From: Octopus sinensis
Lineage: Eukaryota
Assembly: GCF_006345805.1 (NCBI RefSeq)
Contig: NC_043001.1
Span: forward strand, 86,862,001-86,926,000
Direction: 5' to 3'
Length of the DNA stretch: 64,000 nucleotides
Below are positions 1 through 14,490 of the stretch, piece by piece. Each line of letters starts with the position of its first letter. Position 1 is the stretch's first letter. The translations under genes were made by a program, and so were the position numbers. The notes below the pieces were generated by a model. It did not search any database. It had not been told where the DNA came from and worked only from the letters and a program-made list of their open reading frames with translations.

Positions 1-3000
1 ACAAGTGAGATTCAAACACAGAACTGAAGGAAGAAACACCAATGCAACTGTAAACAAAGGGTTAAAATGTTTCTGATAGAAAATAAAGTTATCACTAGTA
101 CTAGAGATTGAAACTGCTATCTATGGAACTATGAGTGTGAATGAAATTAAGCTAATCCTTTAAGTTGGAGCCCAGGGAAGTCAGTTTTCTTAAGAATCAA
201 TTAAGTGAAAGACAATCTCGCTTTGGTTATTGACGGTAACTATAAGAGAATACAAGTTAGCATCTATTGGTGATTGGAGAATCAAGGGCAAGCAGGAATA
301 AGTTTACTGAGATACAAAATAAAGAAAAGAAAGAAATTAAACAGCTTGGCCCTAGGATAGAAAGTACTTGACTACAACTATCAAAATATTACATTAAGAG
401 AAACTCTCTCTTGGATAAGAAGTCAGTTTATCGATGTTAACACAACCAAATGACCTGGTATATATTCAAACCATCAGCAAAGTGAATTCAGGTTGGAATG
501 AGATGATGAAAATAGCTGTCTGGATGCTGACAATAGGGCAAAACTAACTGGACATTCAGTTTGTTTTGCCAACATAACTTTTTAGCACTGGAGGCAAACA
601 AGCATGCATGCACAGAGGGAGAGAGAGACAATACAATTTATTAATTCAGTATGATTGACAAGTACTTTTCCTCTCTTTAAGCACAAAGGGAAATATGTTC
701 TCACACATAAACAAGGAAAGAGGGAACAGGGAGAGGGAAAAGAGAAGGGAGGGAAATAACTAGAGAAATTAAAATGTCTGTCAAATAAGCATTGAGTCAG
801 CTCTACCAAATAGCTGGTGCTGAAACAAGCCATGCTAAAAGTATCATACCCAAAACATCTCATACCCAACTGAGGCAATGTAGAATTAAGAGTAAGGTGA
901 AGAGCTGTGCACTCAGAAACCACAATTCGTAAAAAGGAAAAAAAAAAAAAAGAGTAAAGAAAAAATAAAAATGAAAAACAAAAGACATGGTTATGGCTGT
1001 AGTTCAGGTGTTTAATGGATGTTGCAAATAGCAGTGATCATGAAACTATTAAATATAACTTCCTCAATCAAGAAAAACCAAGCACCAATATAGATTTAAA
1101 TGCTGCGCAATACAGTTTAGTAGAGGTTGAAGAATTCGGGCAATTGGTCTCATTTATTCAGCAACACACTATCATTACAGATTTACAATCAACTAACCTT
1201 TTTCCTTCTTTTACCATGTATCATCACCATCACCATCATCTATGTTGTGTGTGTGGGGGGGGGGCTGTGAAACAACCAGTTGCATGACTTGGCAGCAGTA
1301 GCCTGTGCCATTCATTAAAAACACAACAAACCTCTCTCTACCCCCAGCTGAGAAATATCATTAGGTTAGAAATGTAATTGCTCACTTCAACTAGAAACAG
1401 GAGACTAGAGTAAAATAGATTAATCTCCATCTCCCTTCCACCCTTAGAGAGAGAGGGAGAGAGAGAGAGTCCATGTGTGTGTTTTGGTGATGGCTCATCA
1501 GTAAAAAAAAAATAGCAATGGTGAGTAAATAATTACTATGAAGTCCTGCCTAGCTGCCACTTGAGATTCTCTCTCAGTTTTGGTTCATATGGTGATTGTT
1601 ATTGTTGTATACACCTATAGAGTATATATACCTATAGAGTTTATCTAAAGAAATATTTCTATATTGTATTTCTTTCTCTATCTAGCCAGCTAGTGGTAAT
1701 GTGACAGAGAGGAAGGGGGTAGATGGAAAGACAAAGAGGGAAGGAGGGAGAACTAAAGATAGAGAAACAAGAGGTAAATAACATCAGCCTAACATACTGA
1801 CCAACATTACTAACCACATATTTATAACAATCAATCACTACTTCCACAAGTGTTTGGAAGTACAAAGAGAAAAGAACAAGTACTCAATATATGTAGGGTT
1901 CATTTATTTGAAGCTGGGACCTCAATCCATTTCTAGCCAAAGATTCCTCTGTTTTTATAACATTATTCAAAGGAAATGGTAGAAAATTACAAACATATAG
2001 GCACAGGCATGGCTGTGAGGTAAAGAAGCTTGTTTTGCAACCAAGTGGTTTTCGGTTCAATCACACTGTACAGTACCGTAGGCAGATATCTGCTACTGTG
2101 GCCCCAGAATGACCAGCGCTTTGTGGGTGGATATGGAAGATGAAGATGGAAAGACACTCATCATATATGTGTGTGTGTGTGCTTATGTCTCCTACTGACA
2201 TCACATGATAGTTGTAAACGAACATCACTGTCAGACAAGCAGTGTCATCAGTTTCAATATTCTATGAGAACATATCTGTTCATTGGGAAATATTACTTTA
2301 CTTGGAAACAAGATGAGCAATGACTTCCAGTCATAGAAAATCCAACTCAAAGTGACTCATGCAAGCATAGAAAAGTGGATGTTAAATGATGATTATATTG
2401 TTGAAACATCATTTTACAACCAGATGCTCCTCGTCACAGCCCTCACCTGTCTTCCATGTAAAAGATATCTTATTCCATACATCTTTGAAGGCACAAAGTG
2501 AGCATAGTTGTTGATGACAAAAGTGACATTATCATCATTCATAGCAAGTCACATAGCACAAATATAAACACACAGAAAATGAGCCCCATCTTTTCTGTCC
2601 ATCATATTTACTCACAAGGTTTTGGTCAGCATGAATTTAGGTCAAATGCTGGGATTTCATTGGTTAAAATTCGAAGAATTAAACTACGTAAAAGTTACAA
2701 AATACAAATTTCTCAAAAAAACTAGTTAAAATTAATGTTTTCTTTTGACACATTCTACCAGTATACGAAGTTTCAAATTATTTAGTTAAGTACAAATTCT
2801 GTCCATCTTTTAGAAAAGATCCAACAAGATTCTTATGTAAACCTTGATTATCAATCAGCTACATATTTTGGTAGCTGATAGATAAAAGAAAAAGAAAACC
2901 ATCAACCTGTCATACCAGGACAAACCACAAACTCATACTGGATCTATAGGTACTAAAGGAGAAAAAGAAAAAGTTCATTTAGTTACGTCTTACATGGTTA

Positions 3001-6000
3001 ACCAGTTGGTAAATGGCTGTGACAATATGCCACACACAAAACATCTAAAGATGATGTACCTATAGTAAACCTGTAATAGTTACAACTACAATTCCAGTCC
3101 TCCACATCATTCCAGGTCTATAATTTTTTTAAGGTAATTTGTAATCTCCTGGAATAATATTAAACCAAACACAGTTAAAGGCTGATCCCATAACCCCATA
3201 CAAATGAGAAGCTATGTAGATAGATTTAGATTGTCTTAGTCATTCACTCAAACTAGTGGTCAGTTAGCTTTGTATTTACAAACATCTTAACTATATGAAC
3301 AAATCCAATATTTTTAAAGTCTATTAAGGTATGTAACAAACTGATACCCATTGAGACCAGAGGGGAGACACAGACAGACTGGCAGGTAAGAAGACAAAGA
3401 ATCTTATGTCAGATATCAGTTGAATGTGACTCAAAATAGAGACATCTGTGTAAATGAAACAGAGAGGAAATAGATTTTATAGAAGACAAACAGTAGAGGA
3501 GAAAAGAAATAGTGGAGGAAGGAGGTGCTGATAAAGATGGGAAAAGATGAGTAAATGTAGAGCAGGGAAATAACATAGCACAAACTGTCTACATTTAAAT
3601 ATTTAATAATGAAGTATTTAATTTGGTAACAAGGATAGCTAAAAATACATTTTAAACGAGCTAAAACAATTTAGCAGTGACTTTGAAGACAGGCACATCA
3701 TTTAGACATTAGCTGTAAATACAGCAGCGATATCAGTCATAAAAACCATCAGATAAAATAATTCAGACACCAAAATAAGACAGAACCAAGGCCAAAATAT
3801 CCAGTAATATACTAAACATTGATAAAAATACACACAGAAAAGTGCAGACATCATTATCATCATCATCATCATAAACAACAACTTAAATATTGCCTAAAAT
3901 ACATGATAAACAGCTTCATTTTAGATTAAAACAGTTTAGAAACTCTAAACACTGAAGACAGGATCCAGAGTGAAATATTTTGAAAATATTTGGTTGTTAA
4001 AGAAGAAATACAGCAATAAGTTGGTAGCGTGCAATTTTTGAATTATAGGAAATATTGTGATGAGGCAAAGTGACTGAGCTAAGTAGATTGGGGGAACATG
4101 AAATAGAGTGACTTAGGGAGACGACATGCTGCCTGGTCCAGGAATTGAATCCATGGCACTATGATGTACTCTTTTCACTATTACCCTCTCGCAACTATTA
4201 ACCTGTTCCTCTCTTTATACTATACTCTCTCTTATCACCCTACTGTGAGAATCATTACATCATCTCATGTATTCTCCTTTAGTTATAGGGACTCTTTTGG
4301 GCCTTAAGTCTTGTAAATTGCGAGTTGGTGCCACGAAAAAAACCTCCCAGTACATGCTGTAAAGTATTTGGTGTGGGGAAGGGCATTTAGCCATAGAAAT
4401 GATGCTAGAAAATAAGTGACAAGGTGTCTATGTCTGCTCACAACCACTGTCACCAAAAAAAAAAACATGGTACAAGCTCATAATTGCAAATGATGGCTAA
4501 ATTTTGTGTCAATGTTAGAAAAAGATATCAGAACTCACTAATGAAGTCATAATACTGGATTACAACTTATCCAACTGATCCTCTTAAAAAACTAGAATAA
4601 TAGTTCTTTCCATTCCAAGTTTAAATCCTACCAAAATCAACTTTACTTTTCATCCTCCTAAATAAAGTACCAGTTAAATATGGAGTCAAATAAAATAAGT
4701 ATTAGTCAAGTCCTGGTGTTGATTTGACCTACTTCCCCTAAAATTGTTGGCCTTGGGTCTAAGTTAGAAACAAACATTAGCATCATTAGTATCATCAGTA
4801 GCAGTGCCAGCAGCAGTAATGAACACTGTAAATTCACATGTGGCAAATAACACATTTGATGGCATAAAAGATGAACAGGTGTATTAGATACAGCACAAAT
4901 TCAGAAAGAAAACATTAGCGCATTATAGATTATGGGATGCCCAACTTCACATATAGGACCCAGAGTGATTTTTTTTTAGGCTTTTTTTTTTTTTTATGAA
5001 TCAGTGCAGCTTATATGCCATCAAATATGGTACCTAACAATTCTTTCAACAATAGGTACAGGGCCTGAAATTTTGTGGAAGTGGGTAGTCAATTACATCA
5101 ATCCCATTACTAGACAGGAAGTTATTTTATCAACCCTGAAAGAATGAAGGGCAATCTTGAGCTTGGAGGGATTTGAACTCAGAACAAAGTCTGAAGAAAT
5201 GTTGCTTAGCATTTTGTCCAACATGCTAACAGCCTTTATGGTATCTAACAAAACATCTAATTTTGGCAAGCTTTATAAAATACCAACAATAGAATTTTCC
5301 TTTTCCAGTTCAGTTTGCTTTTACTAAAATGAGATGAACACCACAACTTCACAATTATAAACCTCAGCTCTGAGTTCAAAATTAAGCAGTGTATACGTGC
5401 GTGCTTGCACACTGACAGATGTAAAAGTTGGCCGCAAAGAGAAATGGCAGACAGTAGATTTCCTGCCAGCACTGCAAGTGAAGACCATCTATCAAATAAG
5501 ACCACACAGCAGAATACACTAACAAAAATAAATAATTAAATAAATAAAATACACAACAAACATGAAATTTGGGCAATTAAAGATGAAAGAATTTAATGTA
5601 AAATCCAGATGCAAAATATTTTTTTTATATATATTTTGACTGTATTAAACAACATTGGATAGACGTAATATGAGTCACTCTCTTAAGTGTGAGACTTTAT
5701 CAGACCCAGTTGTTGTTATATTGTGTGCAAAGGGAGATTAAATTATTCCGAGTAAGACACTCTTCACACATTAAACCCATTCCTCATTCCCTTCTACTTT
5801 TATGTCCACAACATTTGGCAGAAAGGCTCCATATATTAATGAGAAGTTGTAAAGTTCATTTTCTTATCAAAGGTATTAGTGATATGAAAGCATAACAAAA
5901 TTACCTGGGATTACAAGGGATTCATCATCATCATTTAACATTCATTTTCTATACAAGCATGGGTTGTTGAACAGTTCGACAGAAGCCAGTAAGCCAGAGG

Positions 6001-6294
6001 ACTGCACCAAGCTCCATTGTTTTGGCATGGTATATAAATATTCCTCTGTGTAAATTCACATCTAACTCGATACCAACCATGTCTTGAAGTGACCTTGATT
6101 CTATAATATCATTTAACGTCCGTTTTCCATATTAGCATGGGTTGAACAGTTTGACAGGAGCTGGTAAAGCCAGAGATCGCACCAGGCTCCATTGTCTATT
6201 CTGACTTGGCTTTTATAGCTGGATGCCCTTTCTAACACCAACCACTCTATAGAGTGCACTGGGTGCTTTTAATGCCTTTTTTTTTTCGCCCTTT

Positions 6295-6583
6295 TGAAGC
6301 CTAGCCAGGCTCATGGGCCCAGTTTCCCGGTTTCTATGGCGTATGTGTTCCCCCCAGCTGGACGGGACGCCAGTCCATCGCAGTATTATTCAAGAAACAG
6401 GAAGAAAGAGAGAAATTTGGAGCAAAAGAATACAACAGGGGTCACCACCACACCCTGCCGGAGCCTCATGGAGCCTTAGGTGTTTTCGCTCAATAAACAC
6501 ACACAACACCCGATCTGGGAATCAAAACTGCGATCCTCCAACCGTGAGTCTGCTGCCCTAGCCACTGGGCCATTGCACCTCCA
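6295..6583 (-). mobile_element. tRNA-derived SINE, family C, nested in a family D element
   Basis: Reverse complement of 61691-61927 plus an internal extra segment; CpG-rich. Confidence 0.8.
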
Positions 6584-8480
6584 CGCCTTTAATGTGGCAC
6601 CAGCATAAATTTGTTTTAAAGTGATCTTTAAAAGCCCTCCATTAAAAAAAATATCATCATGTTAACTTGTTCCAAATGAAAGCAATTCTGAGGGGAGAAG
6701 ATGAGTTAATATGATCAACACTAGTACCTGACTGGCATTTTATTCCATCAACCCCAGTGGGATGAAAGGCAAAGTTGACTCTGGCAGGAATTGAATTCAG
6801 AAAGTAAGAAGTTAGAAACAACACCAAAAGGCATTGTGTCCAACACTAATGATTCTACCAGCTTGCTGCCCAGCCAGCTTGTCACCTTAATAATGAGAGT
6901 AATTCTGATAAATTCTGCATTATTTATGAAATTCATTAAAACAACTGCAGTGAATTTCAAGAGAAATATAACAAGAGGGTTAACATACATAAACAAATAG
7001 TCTTCAGATATATCTAACTATGCAGCAAAAATCATACTATTTGCTAGCTATCAGCTCAATGTTTTTCTTTTAGCATGTAAAGAAGAAAAACACAATCCAG
7101 TATCCATGTTACTAAACTTACAGTTTTCTCAGCAGGTGACTTCTAAAAACGTCTAGCTTCTAAAGTAAATATTATGATTTTAATGAAACACTAAGTTTCT
7201 CAGATATTTATTTTGTAAACATTCAATATATATCCACGTAGAGAAATAAGTAGATTTATATGGCTTCAAGTGGTCATTGAAACAGCACTTGTAAGCAAAT
7301 GATAAAATGTAAGAAAATGGTGTTCTTTTGATTAGGCATAAATGGACAGATGTTACATAGATGGGTAAAATCATGTTACAGTCATGTTTTCACAGTTTAA
7401 TTTCATGTCTGGTGACAGCAAATTAATCTAGATTAGATACTGCCACACCAAATTGACTCATACCAAGATCAAGTCACATACTATGGCCCTCACCCACTAT
7501 AGTAGTTTCCTGCAAAACAAGACCTCACATCTGAGGGAAATAGGATCTTGTGACATTCATGCTTTTTCTCAGTGGTGAGACCAGCAAAAAGAAAAGTGAA
7601 ATGGCTTTAATAAGGAGATCTGACCAAGTGCTTAAAAGCCAACTTTCACTAGCCGCACCACCACCACCAATAACTACACTGATATTCAAGAAGTGCCCCA
7701 GAGAAGTAGAGAGAGAGAGGGGGAGGGAGAAAGAGAAATGTAGACTCATCATTTCAACAACTAAGTGGTTGTCATGAGATACCATTAAACATAAATAACT
7801 GGGGAGCAGGTTTGTGTAAACAGTTATTGAACAAATCAAAACAAAGCAAAATACATTGATGTAAGTGAAAGAATTCATTCCCTGTCCCTCTCCAAGCCAG
7901 CAGACAACTCCACCATACAAATTTTCCTGTTGAGCAACATTTTAATCCCCATGTCCCATAACACACACACACCAAACATAACCACACAGTATGCCAATAC
8001 TACAATACAGACTCTACAGCTGTCACCATGATCCAAACAGAATGCCTCTACACACCAAGAACACTAGAAATAGTAGCTAAATTTCCTTCAAATTTCACCC
8101 TGCCAGCTTCTAAAAATAAATAAATAAAATAGAAGACAGGATGATCATAGCTATGGAACCTAATGCACAAAAGCTTTAATTTATTATTTTATGGTGCCAC
8201 CATCCCTAACTCCTATCTGTAATTAGACTAATCATATATTTCTTGTAGTAATTGAAAGTACACATCATACATCGCTAATGTGAATCAGCAACAGGCTACT
8301 TTTTAGCACCATTAATCTAACATTTGTGTTAAAAGGCTATAGCTTTGTCGTCACTGCTTTACTAATTGCTATAGAAGTTACAAACATGTAAGCAAAAACA
8401 AAAACAAAATTAATTAAAAAAAGAGGTTGTTTATATTGAAAGGGTGTAAAGTAAAAGGATATAAAAAAAAAAAAAAATGA

Positions 8481-9085
8481 ACAGGCATGGCTGTGTGGTA
8501 AGAAGTTTACTTCCCAACCACATGGTTCCAGCTTCAGTCCCTCTGCATGGCACCTTGGACAAGTGTCTTCTACTATAGCCTTGGTCTGAGCAAAAACCTT
8601 GTGGGTGGATTTGGAAGACAGAAACTGAAAGTGTGTGTGTGTGCTTCATCCCCACCACTGCTTGACAACCGGTGCTGGTGTGTTTACATACTTTTAACTT
8701 AGCAATTCGGCAAAAGAAACCAATACAATAATTACCAGGCTTCAAAAAAGAAAATAAGTACTGGGGTCAATTCATTTGACTAAAAATTAGTTAAGGTGGT
8801 GCCACAGCATGATCACAGTCTAATGACTGAAACAAGTAAAAGCTTAAGGCGGCAAACTGGCAGAAACGTTAGCACACTGGACAAAATGCTTAGCGGTATT
8901 TCATCTGCCGTTACATTCTGAGTTCAAATTCCGCTGAGGTCGACTTTGCCTTTCATCCTTTCGGGGTCGATAAATTAAGTACCAGTTATGCACTGGGGTC
9001 GATGTAATCGACTTAATCCCTTTGTCTGTCCTTGTTTGTCCCCTCTATGTTTAGCCCTTTGTGGGCAATAAAGAAATATGAAACA
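8481..9085 (+). mobile_element. SINE family A copy with a family B SINE inserted in its 3' tail
   Basis: Family A runs 8481-8845 and family B about 8846-9080; the tail sequence gaaacaagtaaaagct appears on both sides of B. Confidence 0.75.
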
Positions 9086-12000
9086 AGTAAAAGCTAAAAG
9101 GAACATCTTTGTTTACCAACTCCAAAGTACTTCAAGGTTAAAACTAAAAGATTTAACACCTAAAGCAACTCAGCACATGACTATTTTTAAAAGAAAATCT
9201 CAAATCTCTGTTTGACTATAAAAACTGAATGAAAGTAACGTGGAAAATTACACTAAATGAAATTACACTGTAAAGAAACTGGGAAGTTTATGCCAATAAA
9301 ATTTATTAAAGAAACCTTGTGTTTTAAGAACCGGGGCAAAATACCCAGATCCCAAATTTACTAATTTGGAAAGAAATTTTAATCCAAATGAGTAAATTAT
9401 AATTTACTGATCCCCACCATCTGGCAATGAAGAAGATTCAGTTCAATCAACTAAATTACCTGCTTTTGAATTGCTTCTACCAGATCTTCTTTAACAGAAG
9501 CCATCAAATCTGATTTGATTATTTTCAATGCAGAAATCAGTTTAACTAGTGTCTGTGAAACAAGATATTTTAATAGACTGTAATATTACTTTCGGAATGA
9601 GATGAATGGGGGAAGCTTTCTGGATGCTGACAACTTGGCACAGGTGACCAGACATTCAGCCAATTTTGGTGACAATGCACTGGAGGCACACACACACACA
9701 CACAGAAATATATACATATGGAGAGAACAAGAAAGAGAGACATTACAATTTATTAATTCAATGTGAACCCTCTCCTCAAACACAAAGAGAAATACGCTTA
9801 CATAATAAAGAGAGAGAAGGAGGAGTGAAGGAGGACTAGAGGAAGATCAAAACAAGTGAAACATATCAAAATGAGAGGAACATAAAACAACTGATGTCAA
9901 ATAAGTTGATGTTGAATCATCTACACCAAATAGGCAGCACCAAAACAGTTATGTCAAAATCTCTCAAGCCCTATCACAATTTACGTAAGTAGATTTTTAC
10001 TGATTCCAAACTCCCATAAGCCAATATTTACTTCAAATTTCAACTCCAAAGTTCTGCTCATAGCTATAATGATCATAGTCTTCACAATCAGGATTATCTG
10101 AGGCTAAACAACAACAGCAGCAACTACCATTCAACCACAGCACCAAACCAACAGCTCCGTCATGTCAACAAGGTTGTTCACCCTGCTAGAACTAGTAACC
10201 AACTCTCTTTCAAATCACTTAGCACCTTAAAAAAAAAATAATAAATAAATAAGCAGGGCACATTGGTTACAGTAGAACGCAGTGCACTATACTTGAAAAA
10301 AAAAAAAGATGCTTACATAAAAATTTAAGCAGGATGATCATGACAGGAATGTCTTTGACTATAAGTCTAATTTAGCAGTAAACAGCAACACCTACCACTA
10401 CTACAACAGCCCATAATTCACTTATGCACAACAGCCTCAGTTCCTCTGAAACAATAAGACATATTTCATCTCCATCCTAGCCCATCCAACTCACCTATTT
10501 ATTTTCATCTCCACCATGTCTCACCTCTCAGAGGCTTCTCTAAAGACTTTACCAAATCCATCCTCCTTAGAGTTGGAAAATCCTGGAATTCTCAGTCTGC
10601 CTATTTTTAGGCAGTAAACACAAGGGTGGTTGTATGATTAAGAAGCTTGCTTCCCAACCATGTAGCCCTAGGTTCAATTCTGGGTAAGTGTCTTGTGCTA
10701 TGGACACAAGCCTAGTGAACCTTTGTCAGTGGGTTTGATAGACAGAAACACAAAGCAGCCCATTGTGTGTGTGTGTGCACATGTGTTTTTTTGCATTGTA
10801 TCCGTAACTCAACATCACCTGATAACTATAAACAAGCATCACCCTCATGCAAGCATTCATTTCCAGTCCGTTTCCAGTCTCCTTTGAAAATGGTCTGGTC
10901 TTGGGAAATATTGACATTGGATGGAACAAGTGAGGGTCAACAACAGGAATTCTATCAGACTGATGCAAGTGTGGAAAAGTAGACATTAAATTATGATATC
11001 AATACCCTACACAAATTCAAATTGAACTTCAATGACATCAGTCTTACCAGTTAGCAGAGGTATGCAAAGGTCAAAGGATCACACCTCTCCTTCCTCTGGC
11101 TTTAAGAAAAATAAAAACTGCCTATTTACCCACACCTGAGAACTGATCGACATGTCAGCTACAGACAGTGTACATTACTATTGTTTTCTTGGTTCCAGTA
11201 CTTAAAAAGATCAGTAAGAAACATGCTTGCACATGTTTCAAACTGTTTCAATCCTGTAAGATGTCTGAAGGGTGAAAAACTTGTGAATATAAGCACAAGC
11301 ATTGCTGTGTAGAAAGAAGTTTGCTTCCAAACCATGTGGTCAGACAGAATGCCAGGCTTGAAAAATTAAGTGCTGGGGTCAATTTGTTCAACTAAAGGTG
11401 GTGCCCCAGCAGAGCCATAGTCCAAGGTAGACCAATAAGGATGCTTACACAAAAATTTTCTTTTCCTCCTTCAAGTTCAATAGAGTCATTAAGTTTGGTC
11501 GTTAGCATAGACTCCTCTATGTCAAGATAGACAAATATACATCTAAACAATATCTAATTGCTATATGAAGTATAAAAACAAATCTTGTTTCACCTGCGTA
11601 ACAGATGTGTAACAAAGTTTCACTCTAAATAACATTTATACATTATTGTCTAAAATGTGTACAGTTTTTTATCAATACACAATTTTCAAATTTAAAATAT
11701 GATCTGAAGTATCTGACAAATAATTTAAAATGTATATTTTAGAAATTAAATTTTATACTAATTTTCCTTGAGTATGGTTCAAGCATCATAGACAACATTC
11801 AAAAGCTCACTTCCTAATCAAAAGCCTTCTTAAGAATCTTCACTTTCTCTCCCATCAAATTTATTAACTGTACCTAGCCTTTCTTTTTTTCTCTCTCTCT
11901 CCCCAAAGTCAATTATTATATCTACCTGAGAAAATATGTGCTATCACTCACTTGTAAAAAAAAATTTCAGCCAAATCTTCCTCACATACTACCTTACCAG

Positions 12001-12119
12001 CTTGAAAAATATTTAAACAAGGTCACAATTAAAATTCCAATCATTTGACAGAAATATTTCTCTCAGAAACTATGAACTTCACCAGAGAACAGCATCTACA
12101 AGTCTGTACAAAGCAAACT

Positions 12120-13200
12120 CAAACAACTATAGAAATAAGAGTCTTACAAAGTCTATAAAGTATTTACACAACACAATTTACCTACAAAAACAGCAGCATT
12201 TTCTGCCATCCACTCTTATAAAAATACTCGACACTACCTTAAGAAGCAACACAAATTGCTGACTAGCAAACTACTAGCTAGACCAACATAAGAACATTAT
12301 TTCCAGAGCCTACAATTTCTTGATAAAAGCAGCATTAGGATCTCTCTCCTGGCCAACTCTTTTTGATCTATACTTCAATGATTTTTCCCATGCCACTACA
12401 AAACATAAGAGAGTCTATGTTGATATCATATCCCCTCACCATTTTCTAGTCACAGTTGCATGGCTATTCCAACACTACATAAACCAATTAGAAACCTGGC
12501 TCTGCAAAAACAGATTTATCCCTTTGACATTCAGATTACTCTGCCAGATATAGTATCTTGTGCCATGGACACAGGCCTAGTAAACCTTTGTCAGTGGATT
12601 TGATAGACAGAAACCCTAAGAAGCCCATCGTGTGTATGCATGTGTACACATGTTTTCTTGCATTGTATTCATATCTCGGCATCACCTGATGACTATAAAC
12701 AAGGTAGGCATAGGAAGCCAGATCTGGCCAGTTTGAACATAATACAGGTAGAATGTCTGAGCTGGTTATGGCCAGTTTAAATGTTGAAGGGCTCAAACAA
12801 CACCTATCATAACACCCTGGTTCTCCCTAACCAGCAAAGAATGTGAAACACTACCAATCATCACAACATAAACAACACACCCAAAAGTTCACAACACACA
12901 CAAGACTCAAAGAAGACAGGAAAACGAAATAAGGCACAAACATTTGTGCAATCACAGGTACCACATTTAGACCACAGAAAGAAACCACAAATGTTGTGTA
13001 CAAAGTAATACATTAGATCCATTGTGAACTACACTAGTCATATCTGAAACCTCAATCTCTCCACAACAAACCACAATAAATTACAAAATACATGAAACAG
13101 TGCACTACACATACTACACAGATCATTCCTATAGGCCACTTGAACATGGTACCCAGTTTGTTGCTGTAGCAAGCTACAACTCCACTTCCTCCATACCTGC
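12120..13200 (+). mobile_element. Decayed LINE reverse-transcriptase fragment (I/Jockey/CR1-like), interrupted by SINE and MITE pieces at about 12546-12790
   Basis: LGSLSWPTLFDLYFNDF...YVD...LETWLCKNRF resembles the PQGS-x-L-x-P-x-LF-x-x-Y-x-ND...YADD block. Downstream pieces read TTFRPQKET, YIRSIVNY and TNHNKLQ. Confidence 0.7.
12744..13003 (+). repeat. About 260-bp direct repeat, copy 1 (copy 2 at 14484-14740)
   Basis: Near-identical sequence starting acaggtagaatgtctgagctgg at a 1740-bp offset. Confidence 0.9.
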
Positions 13201-13203
13201 CAC

Positions 13204-13249
<46 letters not shown>

Positions 13250-13682
13250 CAACTCATACCCATACATATACACCTTCTCCTCAACTTACAACCCCAGGTT
13301 CCATTGACTGACTGACAGGTCGTTTGTTGACCTGGTTATATGTCAGATTTATATTTTTCAACACTATTTTCATTCAAATGGGTTATAAAAATATAAAACG
13401 CAAAAATTTAATTCATAATTATTGTACATAATGTGAAAAATATGTGATATGTACTCTACTGTACTGTAAACAAAAATACAATCTAAAATGAATGCAAAAA
13501 TTAATACAAATGAAATTCTGCATACATACAATAAAAAAAATTGTTCCTGAGAAAAAGTGAAATTGAAAATAAATTTTTGATCTTCAGTCATCCTCATGGG
13601 TTGAGGTAGATGATTTTTCGAGGAACATGGTGAGCTTTGCTTGAATAGCATGTTTCTCTCTCTCTCTCTCTCTCTCTCTTTC

Positions 13683-13808
13683 TCACTGGGTAACCATGTA
13701 CCTCCTCTATAGCAAGGCACCTATTTCTGCCTTACACTCAATGGAAAATTAGAGTGTAAGGCAGAAATAGGTGTCTTGCTATAGAGGAGGTACATGGTTA
13801 CCCAGTGA
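13683..13808. repeat. 57-bp near-perfect inverted repeat with 12-nt loop (small foldback or MITE-like element)
   Basis: The left arm 13683-13739 is the reverse complement of 13752-13808 with one non-Watson-Crick pair. Flanking (TC)n and (GA)n tracts extend the stem. Confidence 0.9.
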
Positions 13809-14244
13809 AAAGGAGAGAGAGAGAGAGGAAATAAGAGTGATAGAGAGGTATAAGAGGCTAGAAACAAGTGTGTTGATGTAAAGGTGATACTTGGTTACCT
13901 AGTCAGAGGAAGAACAAGAGAAGGAGAAAGAGAGTGACCAATAGGAAAAAAGAGAGTGTAGGAAACAGCAAAAGTGTAAGAGAGAACAGAAGAGAGATGG
14001 TGTGGTGCTAGGGTATACTCACAAGTAACAAGAATATGAGCATAGAATCTAGTTAGAAAAATAGGGTGTGGGTGTTGGGGATGTTGGGAGCAGCAATACA
14101 GTGAGCAGGGCAGTGAGGGCAAGAAAGGGGATTAGAAAATAATCATAATTTACAAAGAGGAAATGTGAAGAAGAGAAAGAAGCAGTTAGAAGAGGAGTTG
14201 TAGTTCAATTTCTAAGGGTAGAGTGGGTGAAAAGTGTGTTGTTA

Positions 14245-14490
14245 CATGTGGGTGGAACACAACTCTTCTAGCACTCAGTTTTGTGGATGGGTCTCCTCTA
14301 GGACCTCATACTGCCAAGCATCTTAGTCTACTATTTTTCCTCCGTGAGCCCCAACATTCTAAGATCAGTCATCACCACTTCATCCCACGTCTTCCTGGGT
14401 TTCCCTCTTCCACTGGTACCTTTCAGCAACAGGCACTTCTGCATACAGCTGTCTTCACTCATACACATCACATGTCCAAACCAACAGGTA
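14245..14490 (-). mobile_element. RTE LINE 3' fragment
   Basis: Minus-strand translation WFGHVMCMSEDSCMQKCL...GRGKPRKTWDEVV matches the RTE C-terminal WFGHV...GRPRKTW motif. Confidence 0.75.
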
